Notes: generated by a model not told the origin, from the letters alone. A stretch of 64,000 bases of DNA from Candidatus Aenigmatarchaeota archaeon (GCA_016932735.1 JAFGCI010000006.1:36167-100166), one strand, 5' to 3'. Shown: positions 36,196-46,119, counted from the first letter of the stretch. Made by a program: numbers and translations.

Positions 36196-36840
36196 CTCGA
36201 TAACATCTTTATGGACTGTAAAAACGATGTATATAGAAAAAGAATTAACCCTGGAACTTTCTGGAGTCATCCATGTGTATTTGTTCTTCAGGGAATGTCT
36301 CATGTCCCTTCTCGAATCCTTGTAAGTCTTTACATAAGTGTCGAAGGCGTCTTCGTTAGTGCCCTTTATGTTTATTGCGATTATTCTTCCATAGTCGCTG
36401 TTTATCCTGTATCCCTTTATGGCCAAGTCATTTCCTATGGTTTTTGCGAATTTGTATATTTCGTTCTCGCCTTTCAGTTTAGACGGGTCAAGCCTCTTCA
36501 GAATCTCATCTATCTTGTCTTCGGTCCTCCTGTCGTTTTCTATCTGCTTCTTTCCGGACAGGAATTTGAATATTCCTTTCACTATCCCTGTCTTGTCTAT
36601 CTCGGCTATCGCGGACAGCTTGTTAAGCGTCTTCTCGTCTGAGAGCTTCGACTTCAGGTAGGCATATTTCAGCGAGATATCCCTTCCGACTTCGTCTAAT
36701 CCGTAGGTCTCTGCAATCAGCCTGAAATCGAACGGTTTTTTGCCCTGATAGTCATCTATCTGTGGAGTCGTAAGGTATCGGATTGCATCTTTGTATGCCC
36801 CGTATTCTCTTGCAATCGAGCGAGAAATTTTCTTTATCAT
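36163..36840 (-). CDS. hypothetical protein (225 aa)
   Basis: ORF only. Confidence 0.4.
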   Translation of the reverse strand: MIKKISRSIAREYGAYKDAIRYLTTPQIDDYQGKKPFDFRLIAETYGLDEVGRDISLKYAYLKSKLSDEKTLNKLSAIAEIDKTGIVKGIFKFLSGKKQIENDRRTEDKIDEILKRLDPSKLKGENEIYKFAKTIGNDLAIKGYRINSDYGRIIAINIKGTNEDAFDTYVKTYKDSRRDMRHSLKNKYTWMTPESSRVNSFSIYIVFTVHKDVIELFFLEVSESL

Positions 36841-36927
36841 ACTACCCGACCAATTAAGAATTGGACATAAGAAATAAAAGTTTTACTATCGATAAGTTGC
36901 TACTATATTAATTAATAAATTAATCAA

Positions 36928-38010
36928 CTATATCTCGAAAAGATCGCTTACGGATTCTCCGGTTTGATTCCTGTATATTGCCTGGGCGAAAAGCTCTGCT
37001 GTGGATAATTCTCCCTTAAGCCATCCTTTATTCCTTTCAAAGAACTGAGGAGGTACATATCTTGCATCGGTTATCCACATTGATGTGTCATTCGTCCTTT
37101 GCATCTTCTGCTCAGCGCTCTCGTTTTTCTTTTTGTCATGGCTGAAGAGGCCGACGGTTTCAAATCCGTAGACATGCTTTGCTCCGCCCCTTTCTATGTA
37201 AGTCTGGCTGGCGTTCGCGAACGTGCCGCATGTATCAGCCACGTCTTCAATAACGACAACGTCTTTTCCTGATACGTCTCCAGTGATTCCCTTTATGACA
37301 GAAACGCCTGGCTGCGGACGGCCCTTGTCAATGTAGGCTCTGGGTATCGCTGTATTGAATCTTCTCTCGAGAAATCTGTGCATCCTGTCAGACCTTTTAT
37401 CTCCGCCGGAATCACACGTTCCGATTACTATGTTTCCTCCGATTTTATCGTATATGTAATCCCCGAAAAGCCCTGTGGTCTGAAGAGCATCTATCGGACA
37501 ATCATAGAATCCTGATATCTGGTCGGCATGCAGGTCGATTCTTATCATTCTTGTCATTCCGGCAGTCTCAAGAAGCTTAGGCCACAATCTTGCAGGAATG
37601 GATTTTCTGGATGACGGCTTCCAGTCACCCCTCTCGTACGGCATGAAGGGAGCCACGACAGTAATCGAACTTGCGGATCCCCTCTTAAGTGCATCAATTG
37701 TGAGAAGAAGTGCTGCCATCCCCCCGTCAGGGTTTTCGTGAAAATCGTGCAGAAGATATACATCGCCTTTTCTTATACTGGGCGATATTTTGATATCGGT
37801 CTCAGGATAATTGAACTTCGTGATTGTGGCTTCTGCCCGGTCAGGCTCGTGGCCTATAATCCGTGTAAGGCTCTGATACGTCTTGTCCCCGAGCGGATAT
37901 TGATTCAGAGGCTCAGAGTCAAGACTCTCTCTGTAAACACTTTTCACGATAACTGCGTCCCCGATGTTCCCCTTGTGACGGGTCTCGCTGTCTCTCCAAT
38001 TTATAATCAT
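36928..38010 (-). CDS. ribose-phosphate pyrophosphokinase (PRPP synthetase) family protein, divergent
   Basis: 'ITVVAPFMPYERGDWK' matches the (V)IPYF-Y-RQD(K/R) motif. 'VVVIEDVADTCGT' matches the PRPP-binding loop. Confidence 0.55.
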   Translation of the reverse strand: MIINWRDSETRHKGNIGDAVIVKSVYRESLDSEPLNQYPLGDKTYQSLTRIIGHEPDRAEATITKFNYPETDIKISPSIRKGDVYLLHDFHENPDGGMAALLLTIDALKRGSASSITVVAPFMPYERGDWKPSSRKSIPARLWPKLLETAGMTRMIRIDLHADQISGFYDCPIDALQTTGLFGDYIYDKIGGNIVIGTCDSGGDKRSDRMHRFLERRFNTAIPRAYIDKGRPQPGVSVIKGITGDVSGKDVVVIEDVADTCGTFANASQTYIERGGAKHVYGFETVGLFSHDKKKNESAEQKMQRTNDTSMWITDARYVPPQFFERNKGWLKGELSTAELFAQAIYRNQTGESVSDLFEI

Positions 38011-38091
38011 TTAAAGTCTTGTTTTCGAAAAGATTAAAAATGGAGGCATTTCATCTTTTATTTCTGCAATCCAAAAATTAATTTAAAAAAA

Positions 38092-38424
38092 TCATTTTGA
38101 AACTCTTCTGAAATTTATCTTATTTGAACCGTCATACCGGGTTCCGTATAAGTCGTTATCAACTATTCCCCAGCAGGCCTTTTCGTTTAATCTAATAAAA
38201 AATCCATAATCCTTTCTCTGAACCTCAATGCCGTCGCCCAGATGTTCAAATTGCTGTCTCTGGATAACGGCTTTCATCTTAGTTCCGTCTTGGGTTTTCA
38301 AAGGAATTTCCACTGGTTTATACTGAATTTTTCTGTTTTTGATTTCCAGCATATCGACAGTACATGCTTCTTGCTGGGTGAAATATATATCAATATCATC
38401 TCCGATGAAAGTTCCTCTGGACAT
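38092..38424 (-). CDS. hypothetical protein (110 aa)
   Basis: ORF only. Confidence 0.4.
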   Translation of the reverse strand: MSRGTFIGDDIDIYFTQQEACTVDMLEIKNRKIQYKPVEIPLKTQDGTKMKAVIQRQQFEHLGDGIEVQRKDYGFFIRLNEKACWGIVDNDLYGTRYDGSNKINFRRVSK

Positions 38425-38459
38425 AAGGGAATGTTATATTAAAGAAATTAAAATAAAAG

Positions 38460-38738
38460 TCCCGGGAAGGAGAATTTCAGCCTTATTTTCCCAAATTTCC
38501 TTTGAACTTGAGTTTCATCTCTGCGCCAGCAGAGTGGTTCCGACTTTTGAACTCCTAACCTATCGGTCTCAAAACCGAGCGATTGCGTCCAACAAACACA
38601 CTCCACAGACCGTGGCTTCGTCATCGTGCGCCCGTCTACAGCCGATCGCTCTAATACCCGAAAACTCCGTCGTTGAATTTCTTTGCCGACACATGAAATG
38701 TGTCTTTCCAGAGTTCCACCAGGTTGAGCTACCCCGGG
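38460..38738 (-). tRNA. tRNA-Tyr (anticodon GTA) with three putative introns (same positions as tRNA-Lys)
   Basis: GC-rich ORF-free 279-nt segment flanked by cccggg on both sides. On the minus strand, exon 1 is CCCGGGGTAGCTCAACCTGGT (38738-38718). Exon 2 is AGAGCGATCGGCTGTAGA (38652-38635). Exon 3 is CCGATAGGTTAGGAGTTCAAA (38566-38546). Exon 4 is TCTCCTTCCCGGGA (38473-38460). Spliced, they give a 74-nt cloverleaf with acceptor CCCGGGG/TCCCGGG, anticodon stem ATCGG/CCGAT, loop CTGTAGA and T-arm AGGAG/TTCAAAT/CTCCT. The introns are about 65, 68 and 72 nt. Confidence 0.55.
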
Positions 38739-38786
38739 ATTATAACATATTATGATTAAAAAGTATAAAAGTATTATTGCAGGGTA

Positions 38787-39140
38787 TTATTCAAGATAGG
38801 AGCTGAATTTGCCTTCAAGAGCCGTTTTCGGCAGGGCTCCTATGATCGTATCTATGTGCTCACCGTTTTTGAATACGAGCAGCGCCGGTATCGACATGAC
38901 GCCGAATTTCTGCGCTATGGCCATGTTCTTGTCAATCTCGGCCTTTCCGAAAACAATCTTTCCCTCAAAGCTTTTTGCGAGTTCGTCTATGACCGGGGAA
39001 ATCATCTTACATGGCATGCACCACTCAGCCCAGCAATCTACAATTGTCAGGGGGTATTTCTTTATGAATTCATCGAAATCGGAATCATTCACTTCCTGCG
39101 GTTCATTAGGGAATTTAGCCATAAAATCACTCCTTATCAT
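38787..39140 (-). CDS. trx: thioredoxin
   Basis: The 'WAEWCMPCKMISPVIDELA' active-site CxxC motif (Cys-Met-Pro-Cys). Confidence 0.85.
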   Translation of the reverse strand: MIRSDFMAKFPNEPQEVNDSDFDEFIKKYPLTIVDCWAEWCMPCKMISPVIDELAKSFEGKIVFGKAEIDKNMAIAQKFGVMSIPALLVFKNGEHIDTIIGALPKTALEGKFSSYLE

Positions 39141-39495
39141 CCTTTATGGATTCGTTAATGCCTTCTTCATCCGTGAGAAGGTTGCTTTCAAAGAATATCT
39201 TCTCCATCACCTGCGATATGAAAAGCTGTTTTTCAGCAAGCAATGGGTCATTATGCGAATTGATGCTGCACCATATCTGCAATCTCAGAAGGGCGTCCCT
39301 TAGCTGTTCCCTCGATTTCTCTTTCATATTATCTGCCACTTTCTCCATCAGGCTGAGATTGAAAATGAATTCCATTGGCTCCTTAATTGATTTAAGAAGC
39401 ATCTGGGCGAATTTAAGGTCTATGCTGTATTTTTTCGTCCAGACCGGAAGAGACATCTGCCTGTCCCCTGTAATCACGTTTTCAAGTTTTACCAT
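39127..39495 (-). CDS. hypothetical protein (122 aa) between trxB and trx
   Basis: ORF only. Confidence 0.4.
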   Translation of the reverse strand: MVKLENVITGDRQMSLPVWTKKYSIDLKFAQMLLKSIKEPMEFIFNLSLMEKVADNMKEKSREQLRDALLRLQIWCSINSHNDPLLAEKQLFISQVMEKIFFESNLLTDEEGINESIKDDKE

Positions 39496-39532
39496 AATAT
39501 ATACACCAATTACGCTTTTTTGTAACCAATAC

Positions 39533-40462
39533 TTATAAACTCGTTTTCCCGGAAAGATATCTGTAAGCTGATTCAGCCGCTATCGCGCCTTCGGCAACTG
39601 CTGTGACCAGCTGCCTGAACATATTGGAGCCCGTCGTAACGTCGCCTGCTGCGAAAACACCCGGGATACTGGTGCTCATATCCTGGCCGACTTTTATATA
39701 ACCATTAACGTCCTTTTCGAGCTTCAGCATCGCTGTCAGTGTGTCCTCAGGGGTTGAGCCGATTTCAATGAATATCCCGTCGAGAGGTATTTTCCTCTCC
39801 TTACCGTTTTGCTTGATGACCACAGACTTAACGACTTTTACACCTTGTATACGCAGGGGAACTGCATTATAAACATATTCAATATTGCCTTTCGAATCTA
39901 TTCTGTCGGCAAGTACGGGCTCCGCCCTTATCTTATCCTTCCGATAGATTATATAGACCTTCTTTGCAATGTCAGCCAATACGAGAGCTGCCTTTGCCGC
40001 TGAATCGTTTCCGCCTATTATAGCGACTGTCCTGTCTTTAAAGAAGGCGGCGTCACATGTCGCACAGTAGGAAACTCCTCTCCCCGCGAATTCCTTTTCA
40101 CCGGGGATTTCAAGCTTTCGTCTCTTTGAACCCAGAGCCACTATCAGCGCTTTCCCAGAAAACTCCTTTCCATCCTCAAGCCTGGCTATGAATTTGTTTC
40201 CATGCTTCTTTACAGAGACTATATCAGAATATATGAACACTTTCGAACCAAGCGACTGGACATGGCCCCTGAACTTCTCCATCAGCTCAAGACCTGTTAT
40301 CTTCTTGAAACCCGGATAGTTCTCGACTTCCGATGCTTCTGATGCGACTCCGCCAGGCTCCTTACCTATGACCGCTGCTGACATGTTATACCTTGATGCA
40401 TATATTGCAGCTGAGTATCCTCCGGCACCAGAGCCGAGTATCAGAACATCATAATCTTCCAT
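39533..40462 (-). CDS. trxB: thioredoxin-disulfide reductase (TrxB)
   Basis: 'YDVLILGSGAGGYSAAIY' FAD motif and 'SYCATCDAAFF' redox CxxC. Confidence 0.85.
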   Translation of the reverse strand: MEDYDVLILGSGAGGYSAAIYASRYNMSAAVIGKEPGGVASEASEVENYPGFKKITGLELMEKFRGHVQSLGSKVFIYSDIVSVKKHGNKFIARLEDGKEFSGKALIVALGSKRRKLEIPGEKEFAGRGVSYCATCDAAFFKDRTVAIIGGNDSAAKAALVLADIAKKVYIIYRKDKIRAEPVLADRIDSKGNIEYVYNAVPLRIQGVKVVKSVVIKQNGKERKIPLDGIFIEIGSTPEDTLTAMLKLEKDVNGYIKVGQDMSTSIPGVFAAGDVTTGSNMFRQLVTAVAEGAIAAESAYRYLSGKTSL

Positions 40463-40471
40463 TTAAATCCC

Positions 40472-40762
40472 TCAAAAAAATTCCTTAAAAGTCTTCTTAA
40501 TACATGCCCTTTCATCAACGCATGCTTTCTTTCCTCTTTCTGTGAGCGAATAGACCTTGCGTTCCCTCTCCCCGGTGCTTTCCGATTTGACCTTCAGGAA
40601 GCCCTTCTTTTGCATTTCGTTCAGGACAGGATAAATGTATCCCGGTCCGGCTTTCTTTCCTGTTCTCGCTTCCAACTCTTTCATCATGTCATAGCCGTGC
40701 ATCGGCTTAGTGGAGAGCATGCACAGAAGGCAAATCTTTTTCATATCGAGGGTTTTTTCCAT
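40472..40762 (-). CDS. PadR-family transcriptional regulator
   Basis: 'MHGYDMMKELEARTGKKAGPGYIYPVLNEMQKKGFL' is a PadR wHTH signature. Confidence 0.7.
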   Translation of the reverse strand: MEKTLDMKKICLLCMLSTKPMHGYDMMKELEARTGKKAGPGYIYPVLNEMQKKGFLKVKSESTGERERKVYSLTERGKKACVDERACIKKTFKEFF

Positions 40763-40915
40763 GTTATATTATGGATATATCTATTTATAAATATATCTCT
40801 TTTATGATATAAACTAACCGGACAGAAATCAGCCAAAGAACCATTATGACCCCCTCAGTTCCTTCCTTTGGCAGAATTAATAGTTAAAGTATAATGTTTT
40901 GATTTATAAACTTTA

Positions 40916-41380
40916 TCACTGTTTTACGATTTTCAAAACTTCTATCACAGTCTCATCAACGTTTCCTGAACTGTTAATTTCATAAAATTTCTTCCCGGAT
41001 TCGATAGCTTCGCTTTTAATGACTTCCATGATTTCCGAATCCATATTTTCCTCTATCTTCTTTCCATCCCAGCCTCTTTTCTCCATCCGTTTTTTCAGTT
41101 CCTTTAATCCGCATGTGAGTATGATAAGAATATCAGAATAAACATCATGCGCATAATGGGATTCTATGAAAATATTTTCTTTCTTTCTCTTTTCTATCTC
41201 ATTTGAGATAGCTTCTGTATCGACTATTTTACACTCCCTATCTTCATCATAACCGACGTAAAGGTCTTTCTCTTCAGCTAAATGATTGAGAGAAATATAC
41301 ATAAATCCTAGTTTATTTGCTGCCTTTTTGGCCACTTCAGTCTTTCCTGTTCCGGGGGTTCCTGATATTGCTATTATCAT
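40916..41380 (-). CDS. P-loop nucleoside/adenylate kinase (AK6/Fap7-like, archaeal type)
   Basis: 'MIIAISGTPGTGKTEVAKKAA' Walker A at the N-terminus; small (154 aa). Confidence 0.6.
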   Translation of the reverse strand: MIIAISGTPGTGKTEVAKKAANKLGFMYISLNHLAEEKDLYVGYDEDRECKIVDTEAISNEIEKRKKENIFIESHYAHDVYSDILIILTCGLKELKKRMEKRGWDGKKIEENMDSEIMEVIKSEAIESGKKFYEINSSGNVDETVIEVLKIVKQ

Positions 41381-41410
41381 AAGTAAAATGGAGAAAGAAT
41401 CAATAAAAAC

Positions 41411-41761
41411 CTAATAAGACTGGATGAAGTTGCAGTTCTCGTCAAGTTCTATGAAATGGTGCGCTTCCTGTTTGAGGAAGGATTGACACTGGTTTTCTGC
41501 AACATTATCAACATTCTGCCTCGGATTATGCGCTATGTCACATACCCAGTCCCTGACAACCTGATTGGAAAGGCAGGGGCCATCCGACAAGTCAAGACCG
41601 GCCGCCTTAGAATTTTTGCAGAGCTCCTGGCAGGCTGCCAGCGCTTCATCTCTGGAATATGCTTTATTGCCTGCAGATTCGGATTCCACGCATCCTGCTA
41701 CGAATACAAGAGCAATCATAACGACTCCTAACAGAATAAAAACTATCCTATTCATCCCCAT
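41411..41761 (-). CDS. putative small lipoprotein/secreted Cys-containing protein
   Basis: Signal peptide and lipobox-like 'ALVFVAGC'. Start set at the internal Met. Confidence 0.4.
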   Translation of the reverse strand: MGMNRIVFILLGVVMIALVFVAGCVESESAGNKAYSRDEALAACQELCKNSKAAGLDLSDGPCLSNQVVRDWVCDIAHNPRQNVDNVAENQCQSFLKQEAHHFIELDENCNFIQSY

Positions 41762-41882
41762 CCCTTGAACTATAGTGGAAGCTTCGTCTTTCACTATATT
41801 TTCATGGCATCTCCCATTTAATGCCATGAAACATAAGTAAAATATTATTTGCTATCAATTAGTATATAAATCAGATGAGTTG

Positions 41883-42332
41883 TCAGTTGCTCTTTGGCAC
41901 TTTTATGTGATCTTTCTCGGTTATCTTCCCGGCGGACGCCTCATTTACCTTAGTGGCTATCTCATTCATCTTTTCAACTATTTGCTTCATGTCTGTCTCC
42001 ACCTTCGCCGCGGCAAGCATTATCTCCCTTTTCCTTTCCTCGACGAACCTGCTCGCATCATCCGGCTTCTTGTTAATCAGAACATTCGCGCCGACATTCA
42101 CCAGGACCCTGTCAGAATGAGCTATCTTTCCATGGCCGTAGACACCGGCTCCTATCGGAAGCAATATTTCCTTTTCTTTCTCGACACCTTCTATCTCGAG
42201 GATAGCCATCTTGGTGGCTTCAAGCTCGACAAGCTTCTTCTGGACTGCCATCATCTGCTTTTCGAGCTGCTCGAACGTCGCCTGCAGAAGCTGGTAAAAA
42301 ACAAGATGTTCCTGCATTTCTTTCTCGTCCAT
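41883..42332 (-). CDS. pfdA: prefoldin alpha subunit
   Basis: Coiled coil - beta hairpins ('ILLPIGAGVYGHGKI...VLVNVGANVLI') - coiled coil architecture. Start at MDEKEMQ. Confidence 0.75.
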   Translation of the reverse strand: MDEKEMQEHLVFYQLLQATFEQLEKQMMAVQKKLVELEATKMAILEIEGVEKEKEILLPIGAGVYGHGKIAHSDRVLVNVGANVLINKKPDDASRFVEERKREIMLAAAKVETDMKQIVEKMNEIATKVNEASAGKITEKDHIKVPKSN

Positions 42333-42472
42333 GATATTCACTATAGTATAGTGGAGGACATAAATTTCAGAACTATGTCGTTCACTATATTTCAACGGCA
42401 TCTTCTAGTTTGTTGTGCCGGTGATTATAATTATGTCGTATGTATTTATACCATTGACTCATAAATCAACTC

Positions 42473-43474
42473 ATGAAAACCTGCTCAACATGCGGAAAGC
42501 CCGCTGTCATTAACAGGAAGCACGAAGGACGCCATCTTTGTGAGACCCATTTCTTTCGAAGCTTTGAGAAGAAAGCAAAGGCAACTATGAGCAAGTTCGA
42601 AATGGTCGGAAAGGATGACATCATATGCGTAGCACTTTCCGGCGGAAAGGATTCATGCGCGACACTCTACTTTCTGCACAAGGTTTTTGCAAAAAGGCCG
42701 GACATCAGAATATTCGCCCTGACGATTGATGAAGGCATCAAAGGCTACCGCGATGAGAGCATAGAAATGGCTTCAAGACTATGCAAAAAGCTAGGCATCG
42801 AGCATCATGTTGTCTCTTTCAAAGACGAATTCGGGAAGAGTCTGGATGATAAAATAAAGAATAACCAAAAAAATGTAAATTCGTGCATGCCTGCTAAAAC
42901 CGATATAAAAAAGCAGGATCCGTTACAGGATACAGGGCGAAGTTTTTGGGAGGGAGGCCCCTGCACATACTGCGGTGTTGCGAGAAGGTTCATGATGAAT
43001 AAATACTCCCGAAAATTCGGGGCGACGAAGCTTGCTACGGGGCATAATCTTGATGATGAAGTCCAGTCGATTCTTATGGATTATATAAACGGGAACCTAA
43101 GCAGGGCTTCGCGCATGGGAAAGACCCCGGTTACAACTCACAAACTATTTATCCCCAGAATAAAGCCTTTTCGGGAAATCCCTGAAAAGGAAGTCGCTTT
43201 GTATGCTGAACTAAAGGATATGGGGGCCCAGTTCGCTGAATGTCCTTATGTTACCGGAATCCGCTTCATAACAAGAGATTTCATAAACGACCTTGAAGCC
43301 AATTCAAGCGGAACGAAATTCACGATTCTCGAAACGTTCCAGAAGATTCTTCCCCACATAAAGAAAGTCGTCGAAAAAGAGCTCGAAGAAGGCAAAGGAA
43401 AGCTCATAAAATGCGAAAAGTGCGGGGAGCCGAGCTCAATGAAATTATGCAAAACTTGTGAGTTGTGGAGATAA
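42473..43474 (+). CDS. PP-loop tRNA thiolation enzyme (NcsA/Ctu1/TtuA family) with N- and C-terminal zinc fingers
   Basis: N-terminal CSTCG...C, PP-loop 'CVALSGGKDS', C-terminal 'CEKCGEPSS...CKTC'. Confidence 0.75.
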   Translation: MKTCSTCGKPAVINRKHEGRHLCETHFFRSFEKKAKATMSKFEMVGKDDIICVALSGGKDSCATLYFLHKVFAKRPDIRIFALTIDEGIKGYRDESIEMASRLCKKLGIEHHVVSFKDEFGKSLDDKIKNNQKNVNSCMPAKTDIKKQDPLQDTGRSFWEGGPCTYCGVARRFMMNKYSRKFGATKLATGHNLDDEVQSILMDYINGNLSRASRMGKTPVTTHKLFIPRIKPFREIPEKEVALYAELKDMGAQFAECPYVTGIRFITRDFINDLEANSSGTKFTILETFQKILPHIKKVVEKELEEGKGKLIKCEKCGEPSSMKLCKTCELWR

Positions 43475-43476
43475 AA

Positions 43477-44046
43477 TCAATTCTTCTGATGCTTTTCGGG
43501 GTCCTCTCTTCCCCACGGTTCTTTTGATCCATTATCTCCTGTTCTTATGATCCTAACATGAACATATATTGCATCTAAATCGGCTGGCGTTTCGTTACCT
43601 TTGAGCTTCCGTGTATACATTCTTCCCTCTTCAATCCTGCCTCCCCTGACTGTTATTTCATATCCATGCTTCAAAGGGTATGTCGCTCTATCGAAAAGTT
43701 TTCTACCTAACATCATTGTCGTTATTCTCTTTGGATCTATTATATCTCCTTCCCTGCATACATATCCTACCGAATCGTCAATTTCGCAGGAAACTGATGA
43801 AGTTGAGCCTTGATGCATGAATCTTTTTGATGATTCGGTATCAATTCCATTATAATCAAGAATTGATATTACCGGTATTGTTACTTCTCTTTTTTCACCT
43901 TCACTAAAAAATCCTGCCTGATATGTCTTTTTTCTTCTGGGAGAATTAGGATCCACAGAAAGGTTTGTATATAAAGAAGGAAAACTCAAGACTCCCTGAC
44001 CTATTATTGAAAAACCTGAATCTTCTTTTGTGTAATCATCAATCAT
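43477..44046 (-). CDS. hypothetical protein (189 aa)
   Basis: ORF only. Confidence 0.4.
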   Translation of the reverse strand: MIDDYTKEDSGFSIIGQGVLSFPSLYTNLSVDPNSPRRKKTYQAGFFSEGEKREVTIPVISILDYNGIDTESSKRFMHQGSTSSVSCEIDDSVGYVCREGDIIDPKRITTMMLGRKLFDRATYPLKHGYEITVRGGRIEEGRMYTRKLKGNETPADLDAIYVHVRIIRTGDNGSKEPWGREDPEKHQKN

Positions 44047-44149
44047 GGAAAAATATTGAGATTTATCTTTAAATAATTATCACTTTAAAATAACAACATA
44101 TATTGTAAATTTATTCTCAAAGATAAAAACCTCCCTTACCATCTTTCAA

Positions 44150-45694
44150 ATGATTGGTATGAAGAAAGTAATGCTCATTATACGGGATGGATGGGGTCAC
44201 GGTGAACATGATGCAGGAAACGCGATATTCAAGGCAAACACCCCCAGTCATGATTTCTACAAGAAGAATTATCCGACAACAGTCCTGCAGTGCACGGGTA
44301 ACGCCGTCGGGAACCCGGAAGGCGTTCAGGGAGGCTCGGAAGTCGGGCACCTGACAATCGGCGCCGGACGTATTGTATGGCAGCCTTACGAACTGATAAA
44401 CCAGGAAATAAAGAACGGCAACTTCTTCAAAAACAACATTCTTATTGATGCGATAGAACACGCAAAAAGTAATGGAACGGATTTGCATATTGCAGGTTTG
44501 TTTTCAGACCAGGGCGTCCATGCCGACTACAGGCACATGTCAGCATTTCTCGAGCTATGCAAACAACAGTCATTCGACAATGTCTTCATACATCTGATTC
44601 TTGACGGGAGAGACGTTCCCGAAAAATCGGCGATGAAATTCCTGACAGCTTTCGAGGAAGACATTGAGAGGATAGGGATAGGAAAGATTGCGACGGTTGT
44701 CGGCAGGTACTATTCAATGGACAGGGACAAGAACTGGGACAGGACTCTGAAAGGATATAATCTTATGGTAAATGGCGATGGTTTCGCTGCGGAATCCGCA
44801 AAAGAGGCTATAGAAAAAGCTTATGAGCGCGGTGATAAGACAGACTACTACGTCCAGCCGACCGTAATTGTAGACCAGTCCGGAAACCACGTTGGTCTCA
44901 TCAAAGAAAACGACTCATTCATATTCTACAACTTCAGAAGCGACAGAGCAAGGCAGATTACTGCTATGATGACAGGCCTCGATTATTGCCCGCAGAAACC
45001 GGAACATTTTGTAAATGTTTATTATACATGCTTCTGCAGATATGAGCCTTCGTGGACACTTCCCGTAGCGTTTCCGCAGCACAAAGTGCTAAACAATCTC
45101 GGGCAGATAATAAGCGGGAACAAGCTCCGCCAGTTAAGGATTGCGGAAACGGAAAAGTATGCCCATGTCACATTCTTCTTCAACAGCCAGGACGAAGAGC
45201 CGTATGAGAATGAGGACAGGATAATGGTCCCTTCTCCGAAAGTTTCAAGCTACGACCAGAAGCCGGAAATGTCTGCTTACGAAGTGACTGAAAAGCTTCT
45301 GGAAAAAATTGGCGAATATGATTTCATTGCAGTCAATTACGCGAATCCGGACCTTGTCGGCCATTCCGGTGTCTTTTCAGCGGTCGTAAAAGCCTGCGAA
45401 GTCGTTGACGAATGCGTCGGAAATGTTGTTAAGAAAGCGTTAGAAAATGATTATACAATCCTTCTCATGGCAGACCATGGCAATGCAGACCACATGCTTC
45501 ATGAAGACGGCTCAAAAGACCCGTCACATGGTCTTAACCCGGTTCTTATGACGCTCATCTCAAATGATAAAAAACTGAAGACTGTGAAGCTGAAAGAAGG
45601 CAGAGGTCTTCAGGATATAGCTCCCACAATTCTCGGTATAATTGGAATAGAGAAGCCAAAAGAGATGACGGGGGAGAGTTTGATTATTAAATAA
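44150..45694 (+). CDS. gpmI: 2,3-bisphosphoglycerate-independent phosphoglycerate mutase, bacterial GpmI type
   Basis: 514 aa with 'RDGWGHG', 'SEVGHLTIGAGR', 'ANPDLVGHSG' and 'ADHGNAD' motifs of the alkaline-phosphatase-fold iPGM. Confidence 0.9.
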   Translation: MIGMKKVMLIIRDGWGHGEHDAGNAIFKANTPSHDFYKKNYPTTVLQCTGNAVGNPEGVQGGSEVGHLTIGAGRIVWQPYELINQEIKNGNFFKNNILIDAIEHAKSNGTDLHIAGLFSDQGVHADYRHMSAFLELCKQQSFDNVFIHLILDGRDVPEKSAMKFLTAFEEDIERIGIGKIATVVGRYYSMDRDKNWDRTLKGYNLMVNGDGFAAESAKEAIEKAYERGDKTDYYVQPTVIVDQSGNHVGLIKENDSFIFYNFRSDRARQITAMMTGLDYCPQKPEHFVNVYYTCFCRYEPSWTLPVAFPQHKVLNNLGQIISGNKLRQLRIAETEKYAHVTFFFNSQDEEPYENEDRIMVPSPKVSSYDQKPEMSAYEVTEKLLEKIGEYDFIAVNYANPDLVGHSGVFSAVVKACEVVDECVGNVVKKALENDYTILLMADHGNADHMLHEDGSKDPSHGLNPVLMTLISNDKKLKTVKLKEGRGLQDIAPTILGIIGIEKPKEMTGESLIIK

Positions 45695-45744
45695 TTTTAC
45701 TATTTATTGGTAACATATTTAAATACAAAAAACATATAGATAAT

Positions 45745-46119
45745 ATGGTAATATTGGAAAGACCTATTTCCTATAATCTTACAAAAACGCAGTATATGGA
45801 TGCACTCTTAATTTCAGGATATAGACATAATCTACCACAAGATGAGGTTGACTTGCTTCTAGAAACTTTATTAGGAGATAAAAATGTTCAGGGCTTCATA
45901 ACAAGAACAGATGATTTATGGAATTTCAGATATGTCAGGACTCATAGAACTGAACCAAAGAATGCTGTAAATAATGATAAAGTTTGTGGAAATGCCGTAG
46001 CTTCAATAACAGAAAAATATATAGCGAAAAAGGGATTAAAAAAAGAGCTTTCAGCCACATACAAGACAGCGAAAGACAGGGATTTTCCCGCGTCTTTACC
46101 GATAAGAAGGAGAAGATGA
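45745..46119 (+). CDS. hypothetical protein (124 aa)
   Basis: ORF only. Confidence 0.35.
   Translation: MVILERPISYNLTKTQYMDALLISGYRHNLPQDEVDLLLETLLGDKNVQGFITRTDDLWNFRYVRTHRTEPKNAVNNDKVCGNAVASITEKYIAKKGLKKELSATYKTAKDRDFPASLPIRRRR

Noticed and set aside
38460-38738. SRP (7S) RNA or RNase P RNA hypothesis for the GC-rich ORF-free segment
   Set aside because: No helix-8 CAGG...GNRA...AGCAG or P4 AGGAAAGUCCGGGC consensus in the correct order. The segment instead decomposes cleanly into four tRNA-Tyr exons.
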